A stretch of DNA of 64,000 bases. Source: Acidobacteriota bacterium (GTDB taxonomy: Bacteria > Acidobacteriota > UBA6911). The notes below the pieces were generated by a model that was not told the origin of the DNA, searched no databases, and worked only from the letters and a program-made list of their open reading frames with translations. This document shows positions 9,196-18,836 of this stretch, piece after piece; within the stretch, counting starts at the first letter, position 1, and each line of letters opens with the position of its first letter. The position numbers and the translations under genes were made by a program. Location of the stretch: the NCBI GenBank assembly GCA_963664705.1, contig OY761556.1, positions 3,616,001-3,680,000 of the forward strand, given 5' to 3'.

Positions 9196-10377
9196 ATGTT
9201 TTCGAGAATCGCGTCGAAGCTTCACGGTGAATCAAATGTCCTTTACAAGGTCCGCAGCGAATTGCAGGATCAAGGGGACGAAATCAAGGACCTTATATCC
9301 GGAAATATCAATGATCAGGGTTTCCTGTTTCCGCAGGATATTCTAGAGGAAATACTCGTGCAGGGCTCCCGGCGCTGCCAGGTATACCGACCGGATTCAT
9401 TTGGCCAGTCCCCCGCGCGTGAAGCCATCTCCCAGTACTACAGGAACGCCGGGCACGACATCAGCACGGAGCGCATCCTCATTACACCGGGAACCAGCCT
9501 ATCCTATTGGTACTGTTTCAAGCTTCTTGCCGATGAAGGAGATGAGTTTCTCTGCCCATGCCCATCGTATCCCCTCTTCGACTATATCGCCTTAATGAGT
9601 GGCGTAAAGCTTGTTCCCTACCGGCTGAAGGAATCGCAGAACTGGAATCTCGATATCGATGAAATCGAGTCATGCATTTCTACGCGGACACGAGCCATCG
9701 TTCTGATTTCACCGCATAATCCAACCGGACACGTCGCTTCCTACGATGAGCTGGCAGCTTTAGCAGAGGTAGCGCGCCGGCACGATCTTGCCATCATCAG
9801 CGATGAGGTGTTCAGCGACTTCCTGATAGGAGACCAGCCGCTGCCGCGCCCGATCGATTGTGCCGCCCCGCTCACCTTTACGCTCAACGGCTTTTCGAAA
9901 ATGTTTGCTTTGCCGGGGATCAAATTCGGATGGATGGCGGTTTCGGGAGATCCGGATAAAGTCCGGCAGGCCTTGCGCGCTCTGGAACTGATTTCCGATA
10001 CATTCCTGCCGGTAAATGAGATTGTTCAAGCCTCCGCCCCGGCAATATTCGAATACGGCAAAGATATCCGAACCCATTTTGCGCGACGGATCCGAGAGTG
10101 CTGGGATACCGCAGAGTCGTTCCTGGTCCAATCCCGAGATTGCAGCTATACCAAGCCTGAAGGGGGCTTTTACGTCACCCTCAATATTCGGGGGCTGGAA
10201 GAAGAAACCGCTGCAGAGCAGATTCTGCGGCGAGACCATATTCTGCTTCACCCGGGGTACTTTTACGATATGAGCCCTAATCATCTCGTGCTGAGTTTCG
10301 TGCAGGATCCGGTATCAATCCGATCTCTATTTCCCGCAATGCTCGGCACCCTCAAACAATTGGAAAAGGGGGACTGA
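9196..10377 (+). CDS. PLP-dependent aminotransferase class I/II
   Basis: SPHNPTG, ISDEVF, NGFSK(PLP Lys)..LPG.K.GW. Confidence 0.9.
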   Translation: MFSRIASKLHGESNVLYKVRSELQDQGDEIKDLISGNINDQGFLFPQDILEEILVQGSRRCQVYRPDSFGQSPAREAISQYYRNAGHDISTERILITPGTSLSYWYCFKLLADEGDEFLCPCPSYPLFDYIALMSGVKLVPYRLKESQNWNLDIDEIESCISTRTRAIVLISPHNPTGHVASYDELAALAEVARRHDLAIISDEVFSDFLIGDQPLPRPIDCAAPLTFTLNGFSKMFALPGIKFGWMAVSGDPDKVRQALRALELISDTFLPVNEIVQASAPAIFEYGKDIRTHFARRIRECWDTAESFLVQSRDCSYTKPEGGFYVTLNIRGLEEETAAEQILRRDHILLHPGYFYDMSPNHLVLSFVQDPVSIRSLFPAMLGTLKQLEKGD

Positions 10378-10378
10378 A

Positions 10379-11140
10379 ATGAAATTTGTGCGCTATCGCG
10401 AGGAAGGCAAGACTGTTTACGGAAGGGTGGAAGGAGAAAAGGTCCTGGAGATCACCGGGCTGCCATTTCCTGGAGCATCCGTCTCTGAAACAGGACGTTC
10501 AAGAGATCTGCCGGGACTGGAACTGCTGTGGCCCTGCGAACCCTCGAAAATCCTCGCGGTCGGGCTGAACTACAGAAGCCATCTCGAAGCACAGAAGCGA
10601 ACCGCGCCCACAAAGCCGGAGATTTTTGTTGTTCCGGTCTCGGCTCTTCTGAAACCGGAGGGGGAAATCAGGATCCCGGTCGACGCACAAAACGTGCAGC
10701 TTGAAGGAGAGCTGGTAATCGTTATGGGAATGGAAGCCAGGAATGTCTCCCCTGCGGAAGCCGAGAAACGCATCTTCGGCTTTACTTGCGGCAACGACGT
10801 CAGCGAGCGCTACTGGCAAAAAAACGATCTTCAATGGTGGAGAGCCAAAGGCAGCGATACCTTCGCACCCTTTGGGCCGGCAATTGTAACCGGCTTCGAC
10901 TGGAGGAATGGACGGATCGAAACCAGACTGAACGGCAAGGTCGCCCAGTCCGGTCAATTCAGCGAACTGCTGTTCGATCCCACCGTGATTGTCAGCCACA
11001 TAAGCCAGTACATAACACTGTCCCCGGGAGATGTGATTTATTCGGGCACACCCGGTGATACGCCTGGAATCAAATCAGGAGACATCATTGAAGTAGATAT
11101 CCCGGGAGTTGGAGTTCTCCGAAACCGCGTTGCGGAATGA
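10379..11140 (+). CDS. Fumarylacetoacetate hydrolase family protein
   Basis: KILAVGLNY..H, EGEL, NDVSER, RAKG.DTFAPFGP, TL.PGDVI.SGTP. Confidence 0.9.
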   Translation: MKFVRYREEGKTVYGRVEGEKVLEITGLPFPGASVSETGRSRDLPGLELLWPCEPSKILAVGLNYRSHLEAQKRTAPTKPEIFVVPVSALLKPEGEIRIPVDAQNVQLEGELVIVMGMEARNVSPAEAEKRIFGFTCGNDVSERYWQKNDLQWWRAKGSDTFAPFGPAIVTGFDWRNGRIETRLNGKVAQSGQFSELLFDPTVIVSHISQYITLSPGDVIYSGTPGDTPGIKSGDIIEVDIPGVGVLRNRVAE

Positions 11141-11229
11141 ACTGACTGGAATAAGTCATTGCTCCTCGGCTTGGCCTGGAATGACCCCGAAGCGCCACGG
11201 AAGTAGCCGATTCCATGGCGCTTATAAAT

Positions 11230-11274
11230 TGGGAACCGTGGAAGTGCGGCAGTTTGCTCTGCCGCCTTTGAAAA
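11230..11274. repeat. Intergenic REP-like palindromic repeat, homologous to 22906-22947
   Basis: TGGGAACCGTGGAAGTGCGGCAGTTTGCTCTGCCGCCTTTGAAAA aligns with the reverse complement of 22906-22947. Confidence 0.75.
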
Positions 11275-11329
11275 CGATAAAAGCCGAAGAGCTTCAGCAT
11301 TGGCCGGAACGGCGGCGCTCCCTGTGGTT

Positions 11330-12046
11330 TTAACCGGAGGTTCCAGTCGCCAGAGCGCCGAATTTTCGCGTTCGCGAGCGGTAGTCCATCAAAGCGCATT
11401 CCAGATCCTCGTCATCAAAATCCGGCCACAGCTTCGGGCTGAAATAAAACTCCGCATAGGCAGCCTGCCAAAGCAGGAAATTGGAAAGACGCCGCTCTCC
11501 CGCAGTCCGAATAATGAGATCCGGATCAGGAACATCCCCAAGATTCCGCGACAAATGTTCTTCGGTAATGCTCTCCGGGCTCAGCTTCTTCGCTTCAACG
11601 TCCCGCGCCAGAATCCGTACCGCCTCGGTAATTTCGTGGCGTGCTCCGTAATCGAGACCGATCCGGAGATGCAGGCGCGTGCATTCCCGAGTGACGGACT
11701 CCGTCAAGGCCAGAGCATCTCCCACACCAAGCGGTAGACGATCGCGGCGGCCGAATGCAGAAACGCGAATATCCTGCTGGAGCAGGTTCTGCCGTTCGGT
11801 AGCAAGATATCGAAGAAAAAGGCTGAAAAGGATTTGAACTTCGTTCCACGGCCGCTTCCAGTTTTCACTCGAGAATGCAAACAGCGTCAAGATCGGGATT
11901 CCCCGGCGGCAGGCAGCCTCCGAAATTCGTCGTACCGCATGGGCGCCCATTTCATGCCCCTTCCAGCGAGGCAAGCCCCTCTGTTCTGCCCAACGCCCAT
12001 TCCCATCCATGATGATTGCTACGTGTTGTATGGAATGCATAATCAT
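11330..12046 (-). CDS. uppS: cis-prenyltransferase (undecaprenyl/decaprenyl diphosphate synthase, UppS family)
   Basis: HVAIIMDGNGRWA, FAFSSENWKRP, DLIIRT.GE.RLSNFLLWQ.AYAE, WPDF, R.FG. Confidence 0.93.
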   Translation of the reverse strand: MIMHSIQHVAIIMDGNGRWAEQRGLPRWKGHEMGAHAVRRISEAACRRGIPILTLFAFSSENWKRPWNEVQILFSLFLRYLATERQNLLQQDIRVSAFGRRDRLPLGVGDALALTESVTRECTRLHLRIGLDYGARHEITEAVRILARDVEAKKLSPESITEEHLSRNLGDVPDPDLIIRTAGERRLSNFLLWQAAYAEFYFSPKLWPDFDDEDLECALMDYRSRTRKFGALATGTSG

Positions 12047-12058
12047 CCATCCGTGAAG

Positions 12059-12077
12059 TTCTTTGTATTATAAAGCA
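12059..12077. promoter_or_regulatory. Putative operator overlapping a TATAAT -10 box upstream of uppS
   Basis: TTCTTTGTATTATAAAGCA, 16/19 identical to the palindrome at 13147-13165; minus-strand TATAAT at 12067-12072. Confidence 0.7.
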
Positions 12078-12116
12078 AATGCACAAAACAATCCCAGCGG
12101 ACGCCTCCATCCTGAA

Positions 12117-12491
12117 TCAACTGTGGGATGCCAGCGGGTGCATATGAAGCCGTCCCTCGCCTGAGTGTCGCACACGATTGAGGTCAGGCAGAAGATTGGC
12201 CAGTGTCTCGAGATATCCTTCCAGCGCAACGCGGCCGGTCGGACTCAGTTGATAGGTGCTCTTGGGTTTGCGCCCTTCGAACTTCTTGTCACAGACAACA
12301 TACCCCGCGGATTCCAGCCGTCGTGCCTGAACGCTCAGATTTCCATCGGTCGTCTGCAAAATGTCCCGCAATTCGGTAAAGGTCAACGAGTCCTGTACCG
12401 CAAGGGCAGATAAAATGCCGAGGCGCAATCGTTCATGAATGATCGGATCCAGCTCATTCGGTGTGGGCCGAGGCGCGCTTTTCTTAACCAT
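12117..12491 (-). CDS. Winged-helix transcriptional regulator (MarR-like, HTH_34 type)
   Basis: LDPIIHERLRLGILSAL..FTEL...TDGNLS....LE.AGYV...K.F.GRKP.S.Y.L...GR; GGAGG RBS before the ATG at 12491. Confidence 0.88.
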   Translation of the reverse strand: MVKKSAPRPTPNELDPIIHERLRLGILSALAVQDSLTFTELRDILQTTDGNLSVQARRLESAGYVVCDKKFEGRKPKSTYQLSPTGRVALEGYLETLANLLPDLNRVRHSGEGRLHMHPLASHS

Positions 12492-13092
12492 TGTACCTCC
12501 GGGCAATGTAAATGCCATAAACCACGTGCAACCAGCCGAATCCAAGCACCAGCCAGGCAAGCCCCGTTCCCTGCGGTGAGATGGCGGCCCCTGCAGCCGC
12601 AACCAAAAAACTCAGCCCCATATAGCGGACAGCAGATACCGATACCTGCCCGCCGTTTGTTACGGCAGCGCCATAGCAGCCGAGCCAGATAACCGGCAAC
12701 CAATCCAGGTTATTGGACTGAATGGCAAGGTGAGTCAGCACCCCACCTACAAAAAGCGCCGGACAGAGACTCCACAATAGCTTTCGCAAAAGCGGCGGCT
12801 GAATGGGAGTGCACATCAGCCGGCTCTTCCGGTAAATGCCCCAAGAGACAATTGCCAGTGATAGGCAGAGAACCACTCCCCAGGTAGCAAGCGCTGTCCG
12901 CGGCAGCGGTCCATGCGCCCATGGCGTTCCTGTGACGTAGGCATTGAAAGCGGCGCCGACGATGGATATACAGCCCGCCGCAATCAAGCCCTTCCCTGGA
13001 ACCGCCGTCAAGTGTCCGGCAGCCTCCAGCGTCCTTCTTATGTACAGCAGATTCTCTCGCGCAGTCTGAACATTTGGCGGATCAAGACTCAT
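12484..13092 (-). CDS. Membrane protein (about 6 TM), overlapping the regulator gene
   Basis: ARENLLYIRRTLE N-terminus, hydrophobic segments, GFGWLHVVYG C-terminus; GGAGG RBS. Confidence 0.75.
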   Translation of the reverse strand: MSLDPPNVQTARENLLYIRRTLEAAGHLTAVPGKGLIAAGCISIVGAAFNAYVTGTPWAHGPLPRTALATWGVVLCLSLAIVSWGIYRKSRLMCTPIQPPLLRKLLWSLCPALFVGGVLTHLAIQSNNLDWLPVIWLGCYGAAVTNGGQVSVSAVRYMGLSFLVAAAGAAISPQGTGLAWLVLGFGWLHVVYGIYIARRYNG

Positions 13093-13146
13093 GGCAGGCG
13101 CCTCCAACAACCATCAGCATGTCACAGCTCATTCAATATCGTCAAG

Positions 13147-13165
13147 TACTTTATATTATAAAGTA
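13147..13165. promoter_or_regulatory. Perfect palindromic operator adjacent to a putative promoter
   Basis: TACTTTATA-T-TATAAAGTA; minus-strand TTGACG (13145-13140), 18 nt spacer, then TGn-CATGCT. Confidence 0.75.
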
Positions 13166-13236
13166 TAAAATAATTTCAACACCGAGGCCGGGCCCGATGT
13201 TGAGATTAATGGATCGGAGGTGCGGGTTGACCGCGA

Positions 13237-14682
13237 TTACTGAGCGGAAAATGAGAACGCAGCGCCAAGCTTTTTGGCCATCCTGTCGCGGATCCAGTGC
13301 CCGTCGCACCATTCATTCGGATTTACCGGAAGCCCCTGCAGAATCGTTGAGAAATGCAGATGATCGCCACCCGCCAAACCCGTTTCCCCGGTCCGGCCGA
13401 TTACATCCCCTTTGGCAACTTTCTGCCCTTCCTTTACAGCGATTGAAGAAAGGTGACCATAAATAGTCTGCAATCCATACCCATGATCAATCAGAACGGC
13501 ATTCCCGTAAATCCCGAAATACCTGGCATACAGAACCACGCCATCATTGGCAGCGGGGACCGGACACTGCTTGGTGACCGCAAGATCCAGTCCCAGGTGA
13601 TCCTGGTGATCAATAATCTTCCCCTGATACAAATAGGTTCTCCGATCCCCGAAGGCCGCCATTGGCTTGCCATTTGGAATCGTTGAAAAGGGTTTTGTCC
13701 ACAAAAAGGCAGCAGCGGATTTTTGCGCGAGAGACTTTATGATCTCTCCATCCTTCTGGCGAAGCTCCCGGTTGATAGCAATATAGTTATCCAACACATT
13801 GCCGCGATCTTTCATCTCCGGAGTCTGCGAAAGGATTTCCGGAACCACCTTATTGAGGAAAGCGTCGCCGATTTCCATATCATCGGATCGAAAAGGCTTT
13901 GGGAAGAACTTATCAATGAATCCTATTTCGGCAGAATTCCCGGCTGCATCCTCAACAACTAATTTTGCTTTCGGCTCATTCATGTCATACGGGATCGCGA
14001 ATATGGAAAATCGGTCCTGCTTGCCTCCACCGGGTAAAGCGAATCCAGGGAACCACCACGAACCTGCGCGGACACCATCCTTGACGGCTGACTCGCCCAC
14101 TCGGTAGACGACAATCTCGCAACCGCCTTGGGAAATGTAGGTTTGGATGGATGTGATTTGGATGCTCGGAGGAGTCAATCGCACGGGCAGAACGACTTCT
14201 TCGACTTGCGGTTTTGGTCTACGAAGCCAAGTCCCTGCTCTTTCGGCCGTAACACGAATAGTTGCCGTCCCACCCGTTAATTCTGACAGGGTCTGTTTGC
14301 CTGCTTCGACCTGAACAATATCTTGGGATGTCTTTGCGCCCCAAAACGCCAATTGCGATGCGAATGGATAGTTCTTATCCGCCAGGCGGGCTGATTTATC
14401 CCCTTGAATCAGATCGACCGTAACATGCGTCAAACCGCGTCGTGGCTCGGATACTTCCACCCTGACGGGCGTCCGTTTGCCGATAACTGGCATTCCGGGC
14501 ACAATCTTGATGGAAGGCGTAGTTCCCGCACGGAAGATTCCCTGCGCAAAAACCGCAAGAATAATGCATCCAACAAAAAACAAAATGATCTTAATCGGAC
14601 TTCCCGAATATCCAGCAAAACGGTCTTCAGCCATAGGTATCCTGCCATTTGAAAGATTCCTTCGCAGTGTACCACTCCGCAA
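13237..14682 (-). CDS. M23 family metallopeptidase with N-terminal membrane anchor
   Basis: HLGLD (HxxxD), YGN, YGHLS, HLHF motifs; true start may be the ATG of MAEDRF. Confidence 0.88.
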   Translation of the reverse strand: MRSGTLRRNLSNGRIPMAEDRFAGYSGSPIKIILFFVGCIILAVFAQGIFRAGTTPSIKIVPGMPVIGKRTPVRVEVSEPRRGLTHVTVDLIQGDKSARLADKNYPFASQLAFWGAKTSQDIVQVEAGKQTLSELTGGTATIRVTAERAGTWLRRPKPQVEEVVLPVRLTPPSIQITSIQTYISQGGCEIVVYRVGESAVKDGVRAGSWWFPGFALPGGGKQDRFSIFAIPYDMNEPKAKLVVEDAAGNSAEIGFIDKFFPKPFRSDDMEIGDAFLNKVVPEILSQTPEMKDRGNVLDNYIAINRELRQKDGEIIKSLAQKSAAAFLWTKPFSTIPNGKPMAAFGDRRTYLYQGKIIDHQDHLGLDLAVTKQCPVPAANDGVVLYARYFGIYGNAVLIDHGYGLQTIYGHLSSIAVKEGQKVAKGDVIGRTGETGLAGGDHLHFSTILQGLPVNPNEWCDGHWIRDRMAKKLGAAFSFSAQ

Positions 14683-14854
14683 GACCGTATTGCGAAATTC
14701 ATGGCAAAAAAGCCTGTCCTGGGCTCAAACTGCCTTTTGTCTTTGCCCAATTGTATTTTTGCGGAGGATTCTTGCCCTAAGCCTACCCTTAAGGGTAAAA
14801 TCGCCCAGGCATTGCAGCGTTTCCTTACAAATCAGGCACTTAAGGAGGCTTGGG

Positions 14855-15208
14855 ATGAAAAAGCTTTATGCGGCCACTATCATAGGGATAGTGCTTCTGC
14901 TTTCCTTCGGTTGTTCGTCAACTCCTTCCGGTACCATTGCAATTAGTGAACTCAATCAAGCTGCGGCTTCCAAGCTTGGCCAGGATGTTGTTGTCATCGG
15001 AGAGGCTGAAACGAAAACACAGCTCTCCTCTTTCAAGATGTTTAAGATTTTCAAGGGAAGTGACTATATCTGGGTCACGATTCCTGATGGAGCCGAAGAG
15101 CCGCCCCAGGCGGTCAAGGTTCGCGTATCCGGCAAACTGCAGCAGAAAGAGTTCAACCTGGTAGGAAAGATTTATTATATCGAAGCAGCCAAAATCAGGA
15201 TGGAATAG
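14855..15208 (+). CDS. Small lipoprotein, possible OB-fold
   Basis: AAGGAGG RBS; MKK + hydrophobic stretch + SFGC lipobox; V.VSGKL beta-strand pattern. Confidence 0.75.
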   Translation: MKKLYAATIIGIVLLLSFGCSSTPSGTIAISELNQAAASKLGQDVVVIGEAETKTQLSSFKMFKIFKGSDYIWVTIPDGAEEPPQAVKVRVSGKLQQKEFNLVGKIYYIEAAKIRME

Positions 15209-15248
15209 TCGACTTCACATTGAGATTTGAGATTCGAGAGACGCTCTT

Positions 15249-16019
15249 CTACTCTCGAATCTCAAGACTCGATGTCAGGCTTAGTTGTTTGGATAAAAAG
15301 CGACTAAGACAATCCTTCGCAATGGAAGAATGGGTTTTCCATTCTCGATATGTTTCCACCATTCCGGTTCCCAGCAGTTGCTTGGTTCGCGCAGGAATGC
15401 CTGCCGACGGGTCATAGGAAAATGGTGCGAGGAAACTGTCTGCCGCCTCATCGCTGATAACGCGGATACAACTTAGCGGTATTCCCTTCAACCCGGCCAC
15501 ACGAGCAAAAGCGGCCGTTTCCATATCCACGACCGCCGCGCTGAATCTTTCATGCAGAAGCTGCTTGTGCACCGGATTTCCAAGTACATGCGCCGAAGTC
15601 AGCGTATCCCCCATGCAGGCGCTCAAGCCTGCAGCCTCTGCAATCTTTATCATGGACGTGTTTGATTTCAGCGCATACTCCCCTTCAACTTCGCAGTGAT
15701 CCCAACCGGGAGAACGATCATTCAACCTCAGAGCAGTCGCTTTCACAATCCCGACAATACAGCCCAGCTTTAGCGCAGGGGCCAGCGCTCCACCATAGCC
15801 GACAACGAGAATTTGGGAAGGCTGCACAACCTGGAGCGCTTCCATCAATCTCTCCGCTGATTTTCTTGGACCGACGCCGGCCCTCATCAAAACAACCGGT
15901 TCATCCCCCAGGAGACCTTTCCAGAGCTTAACCCTGTCAAATGCCATCTTCTCGACATGGACACAAAGCGAGCGGGCCGTCTCCAGTTCTTCATCCAAAG
16001 CCGCGGCAATCATCAACAT
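15249..16019 (-). CDS. Nucleoside phosphorylase / MTA-SAH nucleosidase-like protein
   Basis: IAAL.EE, GVG, GYGGAL...LKLG, VDMETAA, IRVISD motifs. Confidence 0.82.
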   Translation of the reverse strand: MLMIAAALDEELETARSLCVHVEKMAFDRVKLWKGLLGDEPVVLMRAGVGPRKSAERLMEALQVVQPSQILVVGYGGALAPALKLGCIVGIVKATALRLNDRSPGWDHCEVEGEYALKSNTSMIKIAEAAGLSACMGDTLTSAHVLGNPVHKQLLHERFSAAVVDMETAAFARVAGLKGIPLSCIRVISDEAADSFLAPFSYDPSAGIPARTKQLLGTGMVETYREWKTHSSIAKDCLSRFLSKQLSLTSSLEIRE

Positions 16020-16194
16020 GCCGGTAGCATAGGCTATCCTTTATCCGATTCAAACAAAATCGCAACCCGGTGCTGTTGAATCTGGCATTCTCAAAAACGG
16101 CTTGAGAGAAAGGCCGCCTGGCATCATCCAATAGAATGGAGGAATCAAAGCTTGCCGTACACCTCATCCTGAATCTAAAGGTATAATCAAACGT

Positions 16195-17127
16195 ATGAAG
16201 ATGCTGACTCTTTTATTATTGATGCTGTTGACACCGGCCGCCAGTCTTGACGACGCGATTCGCCTGTATGAAAAAGGAGATTTTCGGCAGGCGGCCTCAA
16301 CATTTTCACAACTGAAGAACAGCTCGCCGGATGACTATAAGGCTCACCTTTGGCTTGGGAAAGCCTATCTCAAAATTCGGAACTGGGATGGCGCTGTTCG
16401 GGAAATGGAGAAGGCGGTTCAATTAAAGCCATCTGCCCTGACGAACCTATGGCTTGGAAGAGCCTATGGTGCAAAAGCATCCCACTCCATCTTCTTCACA
16501 GCCGCCGGCCTGGCTCGACGCGTTCTGAAATCATTTGAGACGGCAAAAAGCATCTCCCCCGATGACATGGATGTCCGCTTCGATCTTCTTGAGTATTACC
16601 TGGAAGCCCCGGGAATGCTCGGCGGAGGCAAGGACAAGGCGAATGCCGAAGCCCAGGATATTGCCAGGCAAAACCCATTGAAGGGATATCTCGCCCGCTC
16701 GACGATCTTCAATAAAGACAAGAAATGGGATTTGGCTCAAAAAGAGCTTTCACAAGCCACGGTTGACTTCCCGAAAGATGCGGCGTCCTTCAAGGACCTG
16801 GCCGCATTCCTGCTCGATCGGCAGGATTTCAACGGAGCGCTTCAGAATGCAAAAAAGGCGCTCGCGCTCGATGCGGAGTCCAAAGGAAGTCGTCTGCTGG
16901 TTGCCGCAGCCTCGATTCGCCTGCGGACGAATCTTGATGAATCGTTGAACACTCTGAATACCCTTGTCACCGGCTTATTGACGGATGCCGACCCATCGTT
17001 TGAGGAAGTATACTATTGGTTGGGAGAGTGCTATCTCGCACAGGGAGACAAGGCAAAAGCTCGCGAAGCCTTTAAGTCAGCTCTTGCATTCAACCCCGAA
17101 TATGACAAGGCGAAAGCACGGCTTTGA
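16195..17127 (+). CDS. Exported TPR-repeat protein
   Basis: Signal peptide; repeated HLWLGKAY / YYWLGECY..G....A...F..AL..NP units. Confidence 0.82.
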   Translation: MKMLTLLLLMLLTPAASLDDAIRLYEKGDFRQAASTFSQLKNSSPDDYKAHLWLGKAYLKIRNWDGAVREMEKAVQLKPSALTNLWLGRAYGAKASHSIFFTAAGLARRVLKSFETAKSISPDDMDVRFDLLEYYLEAPGMLGGGKDKANAEAQDIARQNPLKGYLARSTIFNKDKKWDLAQKELSQATVDFPKDAASFKDLAAFLLDRQDFNGALQNAKKALALDAESKGSRLLVAAASIRLRTNLDESLNTLNTLVTGLLTDADPSFEEVYYWLGECYLAQGDKAKAREAFKSALAFNPEYDKAKARL

Positions 17128-17151
17128 ACCCGGGGTCCGAATGCGGCTACA

Positions 17152-17320
17152 AGCCCTGTTGCGCGAAGTCTATGGGGAGCACCGCTGTCCGGGCAGCAGC
17201 AGCGCCATGGAAGCGGTTATGCCCTTGCCGGCGAGACGCCTGATGACGCATGATATTCGCTCAAGGAACTTGGAATCGCAATGCATATCAGGCCTGGTGT
17301 TTCACTCGCGTCGCAGGGCT
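17152..17320. repeat. Structured intergenic element with imperfect terminal inverted repeats and a REP-like unit
   Basis: AGCCCTGTTGCGCGA (17152-17166) pairs with TCGCGTCGCAGGGCT (17306-17320); CCCTTGCCGGCGAGACG (17222-17238) is the reverse complement of 22961-22977. Confidence 0.6.
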
Positions 17321-17393
17321 CAGAACAAATAATATTCGGCATTAGGCGAGACGGCGGCTTAGCAGAGTCCAATTAATCGACTGAGGCATTCGT

Positions 17394-18722
17394 ATGAATA
17401 GATATCGATCTTTGTTTGGCCTGATCAGCTTTGCGCTTTTTATTGCAGCGAGCGGGAACTGGACTGCGTTGCCTAGCGCTGAGCCTCAGAGAGAATCGAA
17501 AGTGGTCACGTTGCAGGAGGCGGTCCGCATGGCCATTTCCCGCTCTCCGGAAGTGCTCATAGCGGAAGCTCAGGCAGTTCGCACTCGCGAGGCTATCCGT
17601 GAAACACAATCTCTGAATCGGCCGCAGGTCATTACGGGCACCGGGCTCGCATACAATAATGGGATGCCGTTGAGCATGGAAGGAGCATCGCCCTCCATCT
17701 TCCAGGTCTCCGCCAGCCAGGCTATTTTCAGCAAAAAGAATGCCAACCTTATTCGCGAGGCAGAGGAATCCGGAAAGGCCGGCCGCCTGGGAGCTGAGTC
17801 CGCACGGAACGAACTGGCGGCAAGAACCGCCTTGGTTTATTACCAGTTTCACCAGTCGCAAAAGATCATTGAAATTGAGAGCCGTCGGCTTGAGCTGGTC
17901 CAGAAGGATCGGGAACAGACGGAAACACTGTCAGACGCGGGACGCGTGCTCCCGGTCGAGGTGAAGATTGCCCAGACAGCGGTTCAGTCTGCAAAACAAC
18001 AGCTCCTGATTGCTCAAGAGCAACGAAACCTCGCCGAGGCGGAGCTTCGCGAATTGACGGGACTGGCAGCCTCGTTATCAGTCAAAACGGCAGAACCGCT
18101 GCTGGAAAATTCCGCTTTTGCATCCCCGGGAGATGCGCTGTTCCGGCAAGCTCTCGCAAGCACGCCGGAAATCCTTCAATCGGAAGCCATGGTCAAAGCC
18201 AAGGAATTTCACGTTGAGGCCGAAAGAGGAGAAAGACTGCCCAAGGCCGACATCATCGGCCAATATGCATTATTCAGCCGAACCAACAATTATCAGGATT
18301 ATTTTAACGTTTTCACCCGGAACAATTTTCTCATAGGACTTTCATTGCAGGTTCCTGTTTTTGATGGATTCCGCACCAGCTCGAGAGTAGCCCAAAGCCG
18401 GCAGGAAGTATCTGAAGCGCGCTACAAACTGGAGGGACAAAAGTCAGGACTGAAACTTAGCATTGAACGAATCCTGAGCGCATTGAAAATTGCTCGAGGA
18501 GCTTCCGAACTGGCTCAAATCGATGCCGAGGCCGCCCGTGAAATGGTGCGTGTCAACGAGGCGCTTCTGGAAAGCGGCAAAATTGGGGCCCAGGCGTTGA
18601 ACGAATCCCGAGCGGCGTTCCATCAGAAGGAAATGGCGTTTTTGGATGCAGAGCAGACGGTCTTTCAGAAAAAGCTGGAACTGTTGAAGGCTATCGGCAC
18701 CGCTTCATCCGCACTTCAATAG
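17394..18722 (+). CDS. TolC-family outer membrane efflux protein
   Basis: Signal peptide, TLQEAV..A....PE, coiled-coil repeats, GLSLQVPVFDGF. Confidence 0.88.
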   Translation: MNRYRSLFGLISFALFIAASGNWTALPSAEPQRESKVVTLQEAVRMAISRSPEVLIAEAQAVRTREAIRETQSLNRPQVITGTGLAYNNGMPLSMEGASPSIFQVSASQAIFSKKNANLIREAEESGKAGRLGAESARNELAARTALVYYQFHQSQKIIEIESRRLELVQKDREQTETLSDAGRVLPVEVKIAQTAVQSAKQQLLIAQEQRNLAEAELRELTGLAASLSVKTAEPLLENSAFASPGDALFRQALASTPEILQSEAMVKAKEFHVEAERGERLPKADIIGQYALFSRTNNYQDYFNVFTRNNFLIGLSLQVPVFDGFRTSSRVAQSRQEVSEARYKLEGQKSGLKLSIERILSALKIARGASELAQIDAEAAREMVRVNEALLESGKIGAQALNESRAAFHQKEMAFLDAEQTVFQKKLELLKAIGTASSALQ

Positions 18723-18743
18723 ATTCAAATTTGCTTCTTGACC

Positions 18744-18794
18744 TTTGCGGCATCGGTGGCAATCAAGGCCTTATTCCGCCACTAATGCCGCAAA
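18744..18794. terminator. Inverted repeat between convergent genes, likely a bidirectional terminator
   Basis: TTTGCGGCATCGGTGGC / GCCACTAATGCCGCAAA. Confidence 0.6.
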
Positions 18795-18836
18795 CATAAT
18801 CCGGCTCAGAGTGTGCCCGGGAATCAGCGCAAGCTT

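Noticed and set aside
17125-17127. Possible Sec readthrough of the TPR gene TGA
   Set aside because: There is no Cys-type motif context, and the downstream sequence is repeat-derived rather than coding-like
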